A stretch of DNA of 64,000 bases from Verrucomicrobiota bacterium (GCA_050874585.1 JBNMKZ010000003.1:12474-76473), one strand, 5' to 3'. Shown: positions 18,269 to 28,796, counted from the stretch's first letter. Translations and numbers: made by a program. The notes: generated by a model from the letters alone, not told the origin.

Positions 18269-20074
18269 ATGCACCACAACGACAGAGGTGATTTTGTGAT
18301 AGAACTGAGTGAGATACAGAACAAGATCGAGACCACGCTGATGGTGGTCGAGAGGGCGCATACCGCGGCACCGTACACATCCGTTGTGTGCGGAGCGTAT
18401 GTTCTTTGCTTGGCTGCCCGTCACAGCGGGGTGACGGATCTGAAAGCGCTTCTCGAAGCTGGCCACGTTTCGGAGAAGTTGTCGGACTTTATATGCAATC
18501 GACTGGGCGACCACTGGGGCGAGTACCTTACTCTCCTAACAGCATTCCCAGTTGATTCGTTCGGCGGTTATTTCGCAAAGGCGGTCAACGGGGAGCGTTT
18601 TGAACTTGCCAAGACATCGGGCTCGTCTCTGCCCGTTGTGGAGCTGGTCTCAGATGTCTTGAGGATCGGCGAGGGCGATTCGGTGGCGGACCTCGGATGT
18701 GGAACGGGGGACTTCATTCGTCTGGCAGCGTCCAAGGTAAAAGCCGTGAGCGAGAAGAGCAATGTCGTCGGGTACGAGAAGAAACTCGAATTGGCGGCTT
18801 TGGCAGAGATCAGCATGCTTGGCTGCAATGCGGTTGTGCAGATCGTCTGGGATGACTTCTTCGGGCAGTCATACGAGAATGACAAGTTTGACAAGGTCTT
18901 TTCGCAGCCACCGTTTGCGGTGCGCGGTCTCCCGGAACAGGACAACGTCCGCGAGTTCATCCGCAGGGCGTTCCCTGACTTCCCGGAAATCCCGCCGTCG
19001 GCCGCCAGCGATTGGCTGTTTGCCGCTCGCGCAGTCGCCGCGATGAAGCCGGGTGGACGGGCCGTGGTGATTCTGCCACCGTCGGCTATGCACACGCAGC
19101 AGGCCGAACCGTTCCGCCGGTACTTCGTCCAGCGCAATCTTGTCGAGGCGGTCATTGAGCTTCCGGCGAAGCTCTTCACGAACACTTCCATTTCGACCTA
19201 CATGGTTGTGTTTAGCGAGGGCAATGAGTCCGTGAAGATGATCCGCGCGGGGAGCCTTTGCGAGAAGGGGCGCAGCAACAATGCCCTCACGACCGGCGGC
19301 GTTGCGAGAATCATGCGGAGCTTGGAGAGCGGAACGGGGACGACGCTCGATGACGAGATCTGCGCGGTGGTCGAAAAGAAGTCGCTCTTGGACGAGTCGT
19401 GTAATCTGACGGTCTTGCGGCATTTCGCCGATCCGATGGCACTCCGCGAGGGTGTTCAATTGTCCGCGTTGATCAGCGTCGGGAAGCGCGGTGCGGCGAT
19501 CCCGTCAAAGGAACTTGATGACTTGGTGTCGAATGCCGATACGGGCATTCGGTATGTCTCGTCGGGAAACATCAATGACGGCGTGGTAGACGCCGTGTTG
19601 ATGAATCTTTCCGAAGTGCCGGAAAAGTACGCGTCCTATTGTGTTCATGATGGTGATGTGCTGATTACGCGGGTCATGGCGAACAACTCGGTTTTCAAGG
19701 TGGCTGTTGCTGAATTGGAGTCGGGGCAGACACTTTTGCCCAGTGGGAACGTGCTGGTCTTGACGGTCGATCCGACGCGGGCCGATCCCTACTTCATCAA
19801 GTCCTGCCTTGAGAACGAGTACGCCCAGCGGTATCTTCGGAACTCGGCGGTCGGGAACATGGTGAAGACGCTGCACTACAAGAGCTTGGAGATGCTGCCG
19901 ATTCCCGTTCTTCCGCTTGATCGGCAGAAGGAGATCGGAGACAAGTGCCGCGAGGCGGTTCGCCGCGTGGTTGAGCTGCGGACGCGGCTCGGGCAGGCAA
20001 AGGAAGAGCTGGGGGCGATCTTGGCGACGAACGCGGCCGACTGCTTCGCCGAAACTGCGGAGTCCAAAAACTGA
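18269..20074 (+). CDS. N6-adenine-type DNA methyltransferase fused to a single HsdS-like target-recognition domain (M-S fusion)
   Basis: Motif I 'VADLGCGTGDF'. Motif IV position reads 'FDKVFSQPPF' (18902-18916). The C-terminus has a TRD plus the HsdS conserved helix 'LPIPVLPLDRQKEIGDKCREAVRRVVELRTRL'. Confidence 0.7.
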   Translation: MHHNDRGDFVIELSEIQNKIETTLMVVERAHTAAPYTSVVCGAYVLCLAARHSGVTDLKALLEAGHVSEKLSDFICNRLGDHWGEYLTLLTAFPVDSFGGYFAKAVNGERFELAKTSGSSLPVVELVSDVLRIGEGDSVADLGCGTGDFIRLAASKVKAVSEKSNVVGYEKKLELAALAEISMLGCNAVVQIVWDDFFGQSYENDKFDKVFSQPPFAVRGLPEQDNVREFIRRAFPDFPEIPPSAASDWLFAARAVAAMKPGGRAVVILPPSAMHTQQAEPFRRYFVQRNLVEAVIELPAKLFTNTSISTYMVVFSEGNESVKMIRAGSLCEKGRSNNALTTGGVARIMRSLESGTGTTLDDEICAVVEKKSLLDESCNLTVLRHFADPMALREGVQLSALISVGKRGAAIPSKELDDLVSNADTGIRYVSSGNINDGVVDAVLMNLSEVPEKYASYCVHDGDVLITRVMANNSVFKVAVAELESGQTLLPSGNVLVLTVDPTRADPYFIKSCLENEYAQRYLRNSAVGNMVKTLHYKSLEMLPIPVLPLDRQKEIGDKCREAVRRVVELRTRLGQAKEELGAILATNAADCFAETAESKN

Positions 20075-20094
20075 TTTACGAGAGGAACACGAAC

Positions 20095-22554
20095 ATGGCC
20101 ATCAAGAAGAGCGAAATCTATTCATCCCTGGACGCGAGCTGCGACAAGCTGCGCGGCGGCATGGACCCGTCGCAGTACAAGAACTACATCCTCTCGCTGC
20201 TGTTCATGAAGTACGTGACGGTGAAGTTCAAGGGCAAACCCTATCCGCAGGTCACGGTTCCCGAGGGCGGCAGCTTCGATGATCTGAAGGCCCTACGCAA
20301 CCAGGACAACATCGGCGAGGGGGTCGACAAGGCGTTTGCGAAGCTGTCGGAGGCGAACGACCAGTTGAGCGGCATTTTCCGCGACGTGCATTTCAACGAC
20401 TACACGAAGCTCGGAAAGGGCAAGGAGATGGTGAAGAAGATCACCGACCTCATCGACATCTTCTGCCGCCCCGAATTCGATCTCGAGAAGAACCGTGCAG
20501 GCGGGGACGATCTGCTCGGCGACACCTACGAGTACCTCATGCGGAAGTTCGCCGTTGAGAGCGGCAAGTCCAAGGGTCAATTTCTGACCCCTGCGGAGGC
20601 GTCGCGGGTGCTGGCGGGCGTACTGGGCATCGCGGACGTCAAGGCGCGGTCGGAGGGATGGTCGATCTATGACCCGGCTTGCGGATCGGGATCGCTGCTC
20701 ATTCGGGCGGCGGATGCGGCGCAATGCCCGGTTGGCATCTTCGGACAGGAGAAGGACGTCACGACGGCAGGCCTTGCGAAGATGAACCTGGTTCTCCACA
20801 ACAAGGCGACAGGTACCATCAAGACGGGCAACACCTTCTCCGAGCCGCAGTACCTCGGCACGGAGAACGGGAAGACGACGGTCAAGCGGTTCGACTTCGC
20901 GGTGGTGAATCCCCCGTTCTCGCTGAAAAACTGGAAGGACGGCTACAAGGACTTCGGTCGCACGGAGGGCTTTGGCGCGACGCCGCCGGACAAGAACGGC
21001 GACTACGCATGGCTCATGCACGTCATCAAGTCGCTCAAGCAGGACGGACGCGCTGCCGTGATTCTGCCGCTCGGCGTCCTCTCGCGTGGCAAGGCGGAGG
21101 AGGCGATCCGCAAGAACATCGTGGATCGCGGACTCATCGAGGGCATCATCATTTTCCCGCCCAACATCTTCTTCGGCACGGGCATCCCGGCGTGTGTGCT
21201 CGTCCTCTCCAAGACCGGCGCGAGTTCTCGTTCGGGCATCTTCATGATCGACGCTTCGGGCGGCTTTGTGAAGGACAAGGACAAGAACCGCCTCCGAGAG
21301 CGTGACATCGAGAAGATTGTCAGCACGTACAAGCAGCGTCGTGTCGAACCGCACTATTCCCGCTTTGTCCAGTGGGGCGAGATCAAGGTCAAGAATGCCT
21401 ACAACCTCAATATGCCGCGCTACATCACGAGCGGCGTGAAGGAGGACGTTCAGGACTTGGACGCGCACATGAACGGCGGTATTCCGTCCGCCGACATCGA
21501 CGGGCTGGACGCATTCTGGACGGTGTTTCCGCATCTGCGGCGGCGGCTCTTCGCGGTTGACCGCAAGGGCTACGAGACGCCGAAGGTGGGCTTGGACGAG
21601 GTACGCGAGGCGATCCAGTCCGACAAGGAGTTCGTTGCCTATGCGGAGAAAGTCGCCGCCGCGCTGACGGCATGGGAGAAAGCGGTCGAGGGAACGTTCT
21701 CGTCCATCGCGAAGGGGTCGAACCCGAAGAAGTTCATCCGCACCCCCGCGCAGAAGCTGATGGAGGCGTTTGCCGAGCTGAAGCTGCTGGATGTCTTCGA
21801 TGTTTACGAGGTGCTGCTCTCGTACTGGAATGCGACGATGGCAGACGACGTGTACGTCATTTCCGACGTTGGTTATGCAGCGGGACGCGAGATCGAGGAA
21901 ATCACGCGGGAGAGTGAGAACAAGAAGACCGGGGACATGAAGAAGACCGTGGTCGGCTGGGACGGGAAGATCATCCCGCGTTCGCTGCTCGACAAGACGT
22001 ATTTCGCGAAGGAGGCGCAGGCGGTCGCCGATGCGGAGGCAAAGAGCGCAACGGCCAAGGCGGCATTCGAGGAGTTCGTCGGCGCGGCAACGGGCGAGGA
22101 CGGTGCGCTTTCGGAATACCTCGGCCTCGATGGCAAGCTCGACACGAAGCGTCTCGCCAAGGACGCGAAGAAGGCGAAAGCCGACGGCGACGATGACGAG
22201 ACCTCGGTTGCGCTCGTCGAATACGTCCGGCTGGAGGCCGAGAAGAAGGCGACGTCCAAGGCGGCCAACGAGGCGGCGGATGCGCTGGAGGCGTTGGAGA
22301 AGGCGAAGTATCCGGCACTCTCCGACAAGGAGGTCAAGGATCTGATCGTGCGCGGCAAGTGGTTCGCGGCGGTTCGGGACGGGGTGAATACCCTGCATCA
22401 GTCGGTTTCCAACTGCCTCGCTGAGCGTGTCATTTCCCTTGGCGAACGCTATGCCGCGACGCTGGATGCGCTGGATGACGAGTCCGTATCCCTTGAGAAG
22501 AAGATGCGCAAGCACATCAAGACGATCCTCGAGGTGAAAGGGGGCGCGAAGTAA
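20095..22554 (+). CDS. hsdM: Type I restriction-modification methyltransferase subunit M (long form, ~330-aa coiled-coil C-terminal extension)
   Basis: HsdM_N 'YSSLDASCDKLRGGMDPSQYKNYILSLLFMKYV', motif I 'IYDPACGSGSLL', motif IV 'VVNPPFS'. Confidence 0.9.
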   Translation: MAIKKSEIYSSLDASCDKLRGGMDPSQYKNYILSLLFMKYVTVKFKGKPYPQVTVPEGGSFDDLKALRNQDNIGEGVDKAFAKLSEANDQLSGIFRDVHFNDYTKLGKGKEMVKKITDLIDIFCRPEFDLEKNRAGGDDLLGDTYEYLMRKFAVESGKSKGQFLTPAEASRVLAGVLGIADVKARSEGWSIYDPACGSGSLLIRAADAAQCPVGIFGQEKDVTTAGLAKMNLVLHNKATGTIKTGNTFSEPQYLGTENGKTTVKRFDFAVVNPPFSLKNWKDGYKDFGRTEGFGATPPDKNGDYAWLMHVIKSLKQDGRAAVILPLGVLSRGKAEEAIRKNIVDRGLIEGIIIFPPNIFFGTGIPACVLVLSKTGASSRSGIFMIDASGGFVKDKDKNRLRERDIEKIVSTYKQRRVEPHYSRFVQWGEIKVKNAYNLNMPRYITSGVKEDVQDLDAHMNGGIPSADIDGLDAFWTVFPHLRRRLFAVDRKGYETPKVGLDEVREAIQSDKEFVAYAEKVAAALTAWEKAVEGTFSSIAKGSNPKKFIRTPAQKLMEAFAELKLLDVFDVYEVLLSYWNATMADDVYVISDVGYAAGREIEEITRESENKKTGDMKKTVVGWDGKIIPRSLLDKTYFAKEAQAVADAEAKSATAKAAFEEFVGAATGEDGALSEYLGLDGKLDTKRLAKDAKKAKADGDDDETSVALVEYVRLEAEKKATSKAANEAADALEALEKAKYPALSDKEVKDLIVRGKWFAAVRDGVNTLHQSVSNCLAERVISLGERYAATLDALDDESVSLEKKMRKHIKTILEVKGGAK

Positions 22555-23792
22555 TGTGCGAGTGGAAACAGATCCCGTTCGGCGAGTGTTTTGAGCTGCA
22601 CAGGAACAACACCTGTGCCCGTGCCTTTATGGGAAATGCTGGATCGATTCAGAACATTCACTACGGCGACATCCTCGTGAAGTACGGGGCGGTTGTCGAT
22701 CTGGGCAAAGAGGAAGTTCCGTATCTCACGGAGGACGGTGAGAAGTGTGCCCCGAAGGATTATCTCAAAGACGGTGACATCGTGATCGCCGACACGGCAG
22801 AGGACGAGATCGCGGGGAAGGTCGTCGAAGTGCGAGGGCTGGGCGACCGTAAGGCGACGGCTGGCCTGCACACGGTCATGTGCCGCCCCAAGGACGGCGA
22901 AATGTTCGAGCCGGGCTGGTTGGGCTATTGGATGAACTCAAAGGGCTATCATGACCAGCTCATTTCAATGATGACCGGCATCAAGGTGTTGTCGCTCTCG
23001 CGGGCAAACTTCGCGAAGACGTACATCTGTGTACCCAAGCGCGAGGAACAGCGACGGATTGTGTCCGCTTTCAATGACGCGGATCGGCTGATCGCCAATC
23101 TTGAAAAGCGGATCGCCAAGCGCAAGCTCATCAAGCAGGGGATGATGCAGCAACTTCTCACCGGGGAGGTGCGTCTGCCCGGTTTTAAGGGGGAGTGGGT
23201 TGAGAAGGCAATTGGTAATTTCGCGGATGTTGTTACTGGTGCCACACCGAGTACAGTGTGTGCGGCGTATTGGGGTGGTGATATACGATGGATGAGCTCA
23301 GGGGAATTGAACCTGAAAGAAATCCATGATGTTGAAGGGCGAATTACAAAAGCTGGATTTAATGCTGCCAGCACACATATGGTTCCTGTTGGGTGTGTGC
23401 TGATAGGACTTGCTGGCCAAGGAAAGACTCGTGGAACGGCGGCTTACAATCATGTGGAGCTTTGCACGAATCAGTCAATTGCTTCTATTCTTCCGAATGA
23501 TTCCTATGTGTCTCGGTTGCTGTACTACATTCTCGACAGCAAGTATGAGATGCTTCGAGATATTTCATCTGGAGGAGGTGGCAGAGGCGGTTTGAGCAAG
23601 GAAACGCTTGAAACAGTCAAGGTCACCATGCCGTCAAGCAAGGAAGAACAGTCTGCCATCGCAGGGATCTTGACGGATTGCGACGCTGAGATCTCGACGC
23701 TTGAGCGCAAGCTGGCGAAGTATCGTCAGCTCAAAAGCGGCATGATGAGCGAACTGCTGACGGGGAATGTTCGTCTCGGGGAGGGCAAGTGA
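22554..23792 (+). CDS. hsdS: Type I restriction-modification specificity subunit S (two TRDs)
   Basis: Two conserved spacer helices, 'REEQRRIVSAFNDADRLIANLEKRIAKRKLIKQGMMQQLLTG' and 'KEEQSAIAGILTDCDAEISTLERKLAKYRQLKSGMMSELLTG'. The start overlaps the hsdM stop. Confidence 0.9.
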   Translation: MCEWKQIPFGECFELHRNNTCARAFMGNAGSIQNIHYGDILVKYGAVVDLGKEEVPYLTEDGEKCAPKDYLKDGDIVIADTAEDEIAGKVVEVRGLGDRKATAGLHTVMCRPKDGEMFEPGWLGYWMNSKGYHDQLISMMTGIKVLSLSRANFAKTYICVPKREEQRRIVSAFNDADRLIANLEKRIAKRKLIKQGMMQQLLTGEVRLPGFKGEWVEKAIGNFADVVTGATPSTVCAAYWGGDIRWMSSGELNLKEIHDVEGRITKAGFNAASTHMVPVGCVLIGLAGQGKTRGTAAYNHVELCTNQSIASILPNDSYVSRLLYYILDSKYEMLRDISSGGGGRGGLSKETLETVKVTMPSSKEEQSAIAGILTDCDAEISTLERKLAKYRQLKSGMMSELLTGNVRLGEGK

Positions 23793-23847
23793 GATGGAAG
23801 CGCGACCCTCCGTGCTGAACAAGTGATTTCAAAAGGAGAAACGACCT

Positions 23848-26800
23848 ATGCCTAACTCTCTCAACAATTCCGGAACTGCCGTGGGTGCGCCCGAGATCGC
23901 GACGCAGCAGCGGCTCATCGAGCTGTTCGAGCAGAACCTGCAGTACACCTATCTTGGTGACTTGAGCGAAGAGGAGAACCAGAACATCCGCACGGATGAT
24001 CTCGCCCTCTTCCTGACACGGCGCGGACACTCGGCCGAGATGATCAACAAGACTGTCGCCCAGCTGCATGAGGCGGCGAACGACTTGAGCCAGGGACTCT
24101 ACAAGGCGAACAAGGAGGTGTACTCGCTTCTCCGCTACGGGGTCAAGGTCCAGAATGCGGACGGCGGATATGACACGGTCGAGCTGATCGACTTTGCACA
24201 CCCGGAAGACAACGACTTTGCCGTCGCCGAGGAGGTGACGGTCAGCTTCGGCGACTACACAAAGCGTCCCGATCTCGTCATCTACGTGAACGGCATCGCC
24301 CTTGCGGTCATCGAGCTGAAGAAGGCCAGCGTGACGGTGATGAACGGCATCTGCCAGAACATCAACAACCAGGGCGCGATGTTCATCAAGAAGTTCTTCA
24401 CGACGATGCAGCTCGTCTGCGCGGGCAACTCCAGCGAGGGTCTGCGCTATGGGACGGTCGAGACGTCGGCGAAGTTCTACCTCGAGTGGAAGCACGACGG
24501 GTTCGACAAGCGGGACGACGAACGCGAGGCGACGGATGCGGTGCTGGAGCAGGGCGCGGCGCAGTTCGCCGAGAAGCTCGACGGACAGGTGTACGAAATG
24601 TTCTCCAAGCGGCGGTTCCTTGAGATCGTCCGCAACTTCGTCATCTTCGACAAAGGCCGTAAGAAACTCTGCCGCTACAACCAGTTCTACGGCATCCGCC
24701 GCGCCCTCAAGCGGCTCGGCAAGAACGAGGGCGGCATCATCTGGCATTCGCAGGGGTCGGGCAAGTCGCTCACGATGGTGTGGCTCTCGAAGCTCGTCAT
24801 CGAGGGTGATCCCGAGGCGCGTGTGCTGATCGTGACCGACCGCGACGAACTGGACGACCAGATCGAGAAGCTCTTTCTCGGCGTGGACGAGGGAATCGTG
24901 CGGACGAAGAGCGGCAAGCATCTCCTCGACATCCTCAACGACCCTGCGGGCGGGCGTGTCATCTGCTCCCTCGTCCACAAGTTCGGGCATCGCGGCAAGA
25001 GCGAGGACGAGGCCAGCGAGGCGGACTACGCCAAGTACGTCGCCGAGCTGAAGGCCTCGCTTCCGGCGGACTTCTCCGCAAAGGGACACATCACCGTGTT
25101 CGTCGACGAGTGCCATCGGACGCAGTCGGGCAAACTGCATCAGGCGATGAAGGCGATCATGCCGGACGCCCGGTTCGTCGGCTTCACGGGAACGCCGCTC
25201 CTTAAGAAGGACAAGAAGACGTCGCTGGAGGTGTTCGGCCCGTACATCCACACGTACAAGTTCCCGGAGGCCGTGCGCGACAGGGTCGTCCTCGACCTCC
25301 GCTACGAGGCCCGTGACATTCCGCAGGACGTGACGGCGCAGACGCAGATCGACGCCTGGTTCGAGTCCAAGACGAAGGGGCTCAACGACCGCGCCAAGGC
25401 GAAGCTCAAGGAGAAGTGGGCGACGATGCAGAAGGTGTACTCCTCGCGTGACCGGCTCGCTCGGATCGTCGAGGACATCATCTTCGACTTCAACACCAAG
25501 CCGCGCCTCATGGACGGGGCGGGCAACGCCATGCTGGTGGCCGACTCGATCTACACGGCCTGCAAGTTCTATGAGCTGTTCAAGTCCCACGGTTTCGCGG
25601 GATGTGCGGTCATCTCGTCCTACACGCCCGCCCCGAGCGACGTGGCGACGGATGCGGTCGCCGTGGACGAAAGTACCGAGGCGCAGGAGAAGTTCAACAC
25701 TTACCTCGAAATGATCGGGATAGATCCCGGCGACGACCACAAGCAGGTCGCGAAAAAGCTGGAGGAGTTCGAGAAGGAGGCGAAGCGCGAGTTCGTGGAA
25801 GAGCCAGCGAAGATGAAGGTGCTGATTGTCGTGGACAAGCTCCTCACGGGCTTCGACGCGCCGAAATGCACCTATCTCTACCTCGACAAGCACATGCAGG
25901 ATCACGGGCTCTTTCAGGCGATCTGCCGCGTGAACCGTCTCGACAACGAATCCAAGGACTTCGGGTACATCGTCGACTACCAGAAGCTGTTCGGGGATCT
26001 CCAGAGTTCGCTGGAGATGTATTCCAGCGAGGCGTTCAAGGGGTATGACAAAGAAGACGTCGAAGGGCTCGTCAAGAACATCGTGCAGGAGGCGGACGCG
26101 CACTTCCGCGAGACGCTCGATTCGCTGGAGGCGCTGTGCGAGGGTGTCGAACCGCCCGCGAAGGGTCCGCAGTACCGTAAGTATTTCTGCGGTGAGGGCG
26201 AGCTGACGCCCGAACAGACGGCGGAGTTCGCCCAGCGGCGGAGCAAGCTGTACGCCCTCGTCGGGACGCTGGCGCGGGCCTACGCGCAGCTCAAGCCGCG
26301 CATGGCCGATGCCGGGGTCAGCGAGGCCGACCAGCAGAACTACGAGAAGCGCGTGACGTTCTTCCTCGAACTGCGCAACGACATCGGACAGGCCAGCGGC
26401 GACTTCCTCGACCTGCGTCCGTATGAGCCGGGGATGCGGTACCTCATCGACACCTACATCAACGCCAGCGAAAGCGAGAAACTCAACATCCTCGACGATT
26501 TCACCTTGCTCGACTTCATTGTCGGCAAGGAGGACGAGTCCGAGGGGAAGGAGCCGGATAAGGACGAGAAGGACAGCGTCGCCGAAACCATCGAGAACAA
26601 CGCGACGAAGGAACTCATCCGTCGGCGGTCGATGAACCCCGCGTTCTACGAGAAGATGTCGGCCGTCCTTAAGAAGCTGATCGACGACCGCAAGGCGGGC
26701 GTCCTCGCGTACAGGGATCTTCTGAACGAGTACCGCAAGCTCGCCGAGTCGCTGAAGAATCCCGAAGGATCGGGACACTATCCGGCAGCCATCGCCGCCG

Positions 26801-27018
26801 AGAACAATCCGCTCGTGAACGCCCTCTACGACAACTTCGGCGAGGACGAGGATCTGGCACTCAACCTCAATCAGGCGATTCTCGGGACGAAGATTCCCGG
26901 CTTCCAGTTCAATCCCGCCGCGATGCAGCAGATCAAGGCCGCGCTCTATGCCGTGCTGGAAGACGAGGAAAAGGTCGAGAAGGCCTACGACATACTGGTT
27001 GCACAGGAGGAGGCGTGA
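23848..27018 (+). CDS. hsdR: Type I restriction endonuclease subunit R
   Basis: N-terminal nuclease 'PDLVIYVNGIALAVIELKK', helicase motif I 'HSQGSGKSLT', motif II 'FVDECHRTQ'. 1056 aa. The 1015-aa antisense ORF is rejected. Confidence 0.9.
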   Translation: MPNSLNNSGTAVGAPEIATQQRLIELFEQNLQYTYLGDLSEEENQNIRTDDLALFLTRRGHSAEMINKTVAQLHEAANDLSQGLYKANKEVYSLLRYGVKVQNADGGYDTVELIDFAHPEDNDFAVAEEVTVSFGDYTKRPDLVIYVNGIALAVIELKKASVTVMNGICQNINNQGAMFIKKFFTTMQLVCAGNSSEGLRYGTVETSAKFYLEWKHDGFDKRDDEREATDAVLEQGAAQFAEKLDGQVYEMFSKRRFLEIVRNFVIFDKGRKKLCRYNQFYGIRRALKRLGKNEGGIIWHSQGSGKSLTMVWLSKLVIEGDPEARVLIVTDRDELDDQIEKLFLGVDEGIVRTKSGKHLLDILNDPAGGRVICSLVHKFGHRGKSEDEASEADYAKYVAELKASLPADFSAKGHITVFVDECHRTQSGKLHQAMKAIMPDARFVGFTGTPLLKKDKKTSLEVFGPYIHTYKFPEAVRDRVVLDLRYEARDIPQDVTAQTQIDAWFESKTKGLNDRAKAKLKEKWATMQKVYSSRDRLARIVEDIIFDFNTKPRLMDGAGNAMLVADSIYTACKFYELFKSHGFAGCAVISSYTPAPSDVATDAVAVDESTEAQEKFNTYLEMIGIDPGDDHKQVAKKLEEFEKEAKREFVEEPAKMKVLIVVDKLLTGFDAPKCTYLYLDKHMQDHGLFQAICRVNRLDNESKDFGYIVDYQKLFGDLQSSLEMYSSEAFKGYDKEDVEGLVKNIVQEADAHFRETLDSLEALCEGVEPPAKGPQYRKYFCGEGELTPEQTAEFAQRRSKLYALVGTLARAYAQLKPRMADAGVSEADQQNYEKRVTFFLELRNDIGQASGDFLDLRPYEPGMRYLIDTYINASESEKLNILDDFTLLDFIVGKEDESEGKEPDKDEKDSVAETIENNATKELIRRRSMNPAFYEKMSAVLKKLIDDRKAGVLAYRDLLNEYRKLAESLKNPEGSGHYPAAIAAENNPLVNALYDNFGEDEDLALNLNQAILGTKIPGFQFNPAAMQQIKAALYAVLEDEEKVEKAYDILVAQEEA

Positions 27019-27752
27019 CGAAGAGCGAGATAAAGGTGGGGGAGGTTCCCGTGTGCGTGACCCGCAAGGGAATCAAGCACATGCACCTTTACGTCCAGCC
27101 CCCGTACGGGCGGGTCGTTGCGTCCGTCCCGGAGGACGCATCAGACGAAAGCATCCAGTTCTTCGTGCGGGAGAACTTCGGCTGGATTCTCCGTGAGCGC
27201 GAGGCGATGCGCGGACAGGCACGGCAGACGCCGAGGGAGTACGTGTCCGGGGAGACGCTGTACGTCTGGGGTGAGCAGAAGTTCCTCACCGTCGAAAAGC
27301 AGAAGGGGTGGGGCGGCGTGAAAATTTCGGGCAACGAGATCACTTTGCTGGCACCGGAGGAGAGCACGGTCAAGAGCCGCCGCGAATACATGACGGACTG
27401 GTATCGGCGGTTGCTGACGGATGCGGTCAACCGGCTCCTGCCGAAATGGGAGAAGAAAACGGGACTCTGCGCCGAGCGGTTCGAGATAAGGGACATGGCG
27501 CGGAGCTGGGGAACGTGCAATCAGGAGAAGGGAAAGATACAGCTGAACCTCCAGCTCTCGCGCAAGCCGAGGGAGGCGCTTGAGTACGTGATCCTCCACG
27601 AGTTGTGCCATTTCAAGTGCCGCAATCACGGGAAGGAGTTTGTCTCCCTGCTTGATCGCTACATGCCCAGCTGGCGCGAAGTCCGCCAGCGGCTTAACGA
27701 TGCGCCGCTTGATTTTGTCGGCGAGGACGAGATGGGGAGCAAGGGACCGTAA
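27015..27752 (+). CDS. YgjP-like metal-dependent hydrolase (DUF45/M48-like), a common type I R-M neighbour
   Basis: HExxH 'ILHELCHFKCRNHGKEF'. GTG 27015 overlaps the hsdR stop. Confidence 0.8.
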   Translation: MTKSEIKVGEVPVCVTRKGIKHMHLYVQPPYGRVVASVPEDASDESIQFFVRENFGWILREREAMRGQARQTPREYVSGETLYVWGEQKFLTVEKQKGWGGVKISGNEITLLAPEESTVKSRREYMTDWYRRLLTDAVNRLLPKWEKKTGLCAERFEIRDMARSWGTCNQEKGKIQLNLQLSRKPREALEYVILHELCHFKCRNHGKEFVSLLDRYMPSWREVRQRLNDAPLDFVGEDEMGSKGP

Positions 27753-27780
27753 GTACATTATGAAAATGTGAGGAACCTCT

Positions 27781-28293
27781 ATGGGGAAAGGCAAGAAGAC
27801 AGAACCGGAAAAGACATTTCTTGAGGCGGAGGACGAAGATATTGTCCTCGACGCTTTCATTGATTTGGTGCCTTCAACAGCCGCTAAATTCAAGGCGGCT
27901 AATGCCAAGTGCCCCCAAAGTTTTGTCAAGAAGTTGCGAGACATAAGATCCTCTCAGCGTGTCGTGGCCGAGGCGGTCGCCGAATATGCTGGCGCCAAGT
28001 TGATGCGCATGAGGTGGGAGTGCCGTCGCCTTGAGCGGAAGAAGATCACCCGCTTGGACCATAACCTCTTGAGCATTTACGACTCGGTTAACGATGCTTT
28101 GCCGATCAAGGAGTTGAGTCCTGAAGATGAAGAGGCGCGGGGACGCGATTTGCTGGACAGATGCAAGGAGCGGGCGGAGCGCATGAACGTGCCGGGATTC
28201 ACGATTGATCCGTCTGTTGCGAAAGGGGAACTGCAATGCATCGCCAACGACGAAGGGTATGAGAAAAGGGAGATAACATGGAAGAGACCGTGA
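27781..28293 (+). CDS. Hypothetical helical protein, first gene of the DUF3732 cassette
   Basis: 170 aa, preceded by 'gaggaacctct'. Acidic N-terminus. No recognised domain. More AT-rich than the flanks. Confidence 0.55.
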   Translation: MGKGKKTEPEKTFLEAEDEDIVLDAFIDLVPSTAAKFKAANAKCPQSFVKKLRDIRSSQRVVAEAVAEYAGAKLMRMRWECRRLERKKITRLDHNLLSIYDSVNDALPIKELSPEDEEARGRDLLDRCKERAERMNVPGFTIDPSVAKGELQCIANDEGYEKREITWKRP

Positions 28294-28796
28294 ACAGGCA
28301 AAAAGGATCGTCGCTTGACGATGTTTGGGATTCTCCTATTGGAGGAGCTTATCTCATTTGGCGTTTTGCGAAAGGGTATGCGAAGGAGCGAAGTCCGGGA
28401 CCGAATGCGCTCCTCGTCTTTGCCGCGATGGCGTTGGTGCTTGACGGGTCGTTCTCGTCCCAGATCGTGCCGGGCGGGAATCTCGCAGACTATTCCTTTG
28501 CATTTCACGATTCGTCGGGGAAGGCGGCGAAGTCGCTGGCGGGTCTGCAAGATCGCATCATGGACCTGCGCGAATGGACGTTGAAGTCGCTTGAGTTCGC
28601 GATGGTGACACGTCTGGTAGAGCTGATTCCAGAAACGGGAGTGGTCGTGCCCGTACTTCAAGAAGAGGTGCGTACATCGGCCAAGCTGGCAAGAGGATTC
28701 AAGGACAACGAGGGACTTAAGGCGGAGAACCTCGGCGGGATATTCGCCCGCACAAAGGACGCCGACATTTCATACTATCTGGGAGTTAGATTCTGA
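28278..28796 (+). CDS. Hypothetical protein, positionally equivalent to the 'middle component' of ABC-3C systems
   Basis: 172 aa. It overlaps the upstream gene by 16 nt, and its stop overlaps the ATPase start (TGATG). Confidence 0.55.
   Translation: MEETVNRQKGSSLDDVWDSPIGGAYLIWRFAKGYAKERSPGPNALLVFAAMALVLDGSFSSQIVPGGNLADYSFAFHDSSGKAAKSLAGLQDRIMDLREWTLKSLEFAMVTRLVELIPETGVVVPVLQEEVRTSAKLARGFKDNEGLKAENLGGIFARTKDADISYYLGVRF

Noticed and set aside
18269-27018. Phase-variable or shufflon-type hsdS arrangement.
   Set aside because: There is only one hsdS. No inverted hsdS fragments are present, and no recombinase sits adjacent to it. The TRD of the upstream fusion protein does not share the hsdS conserved helices.
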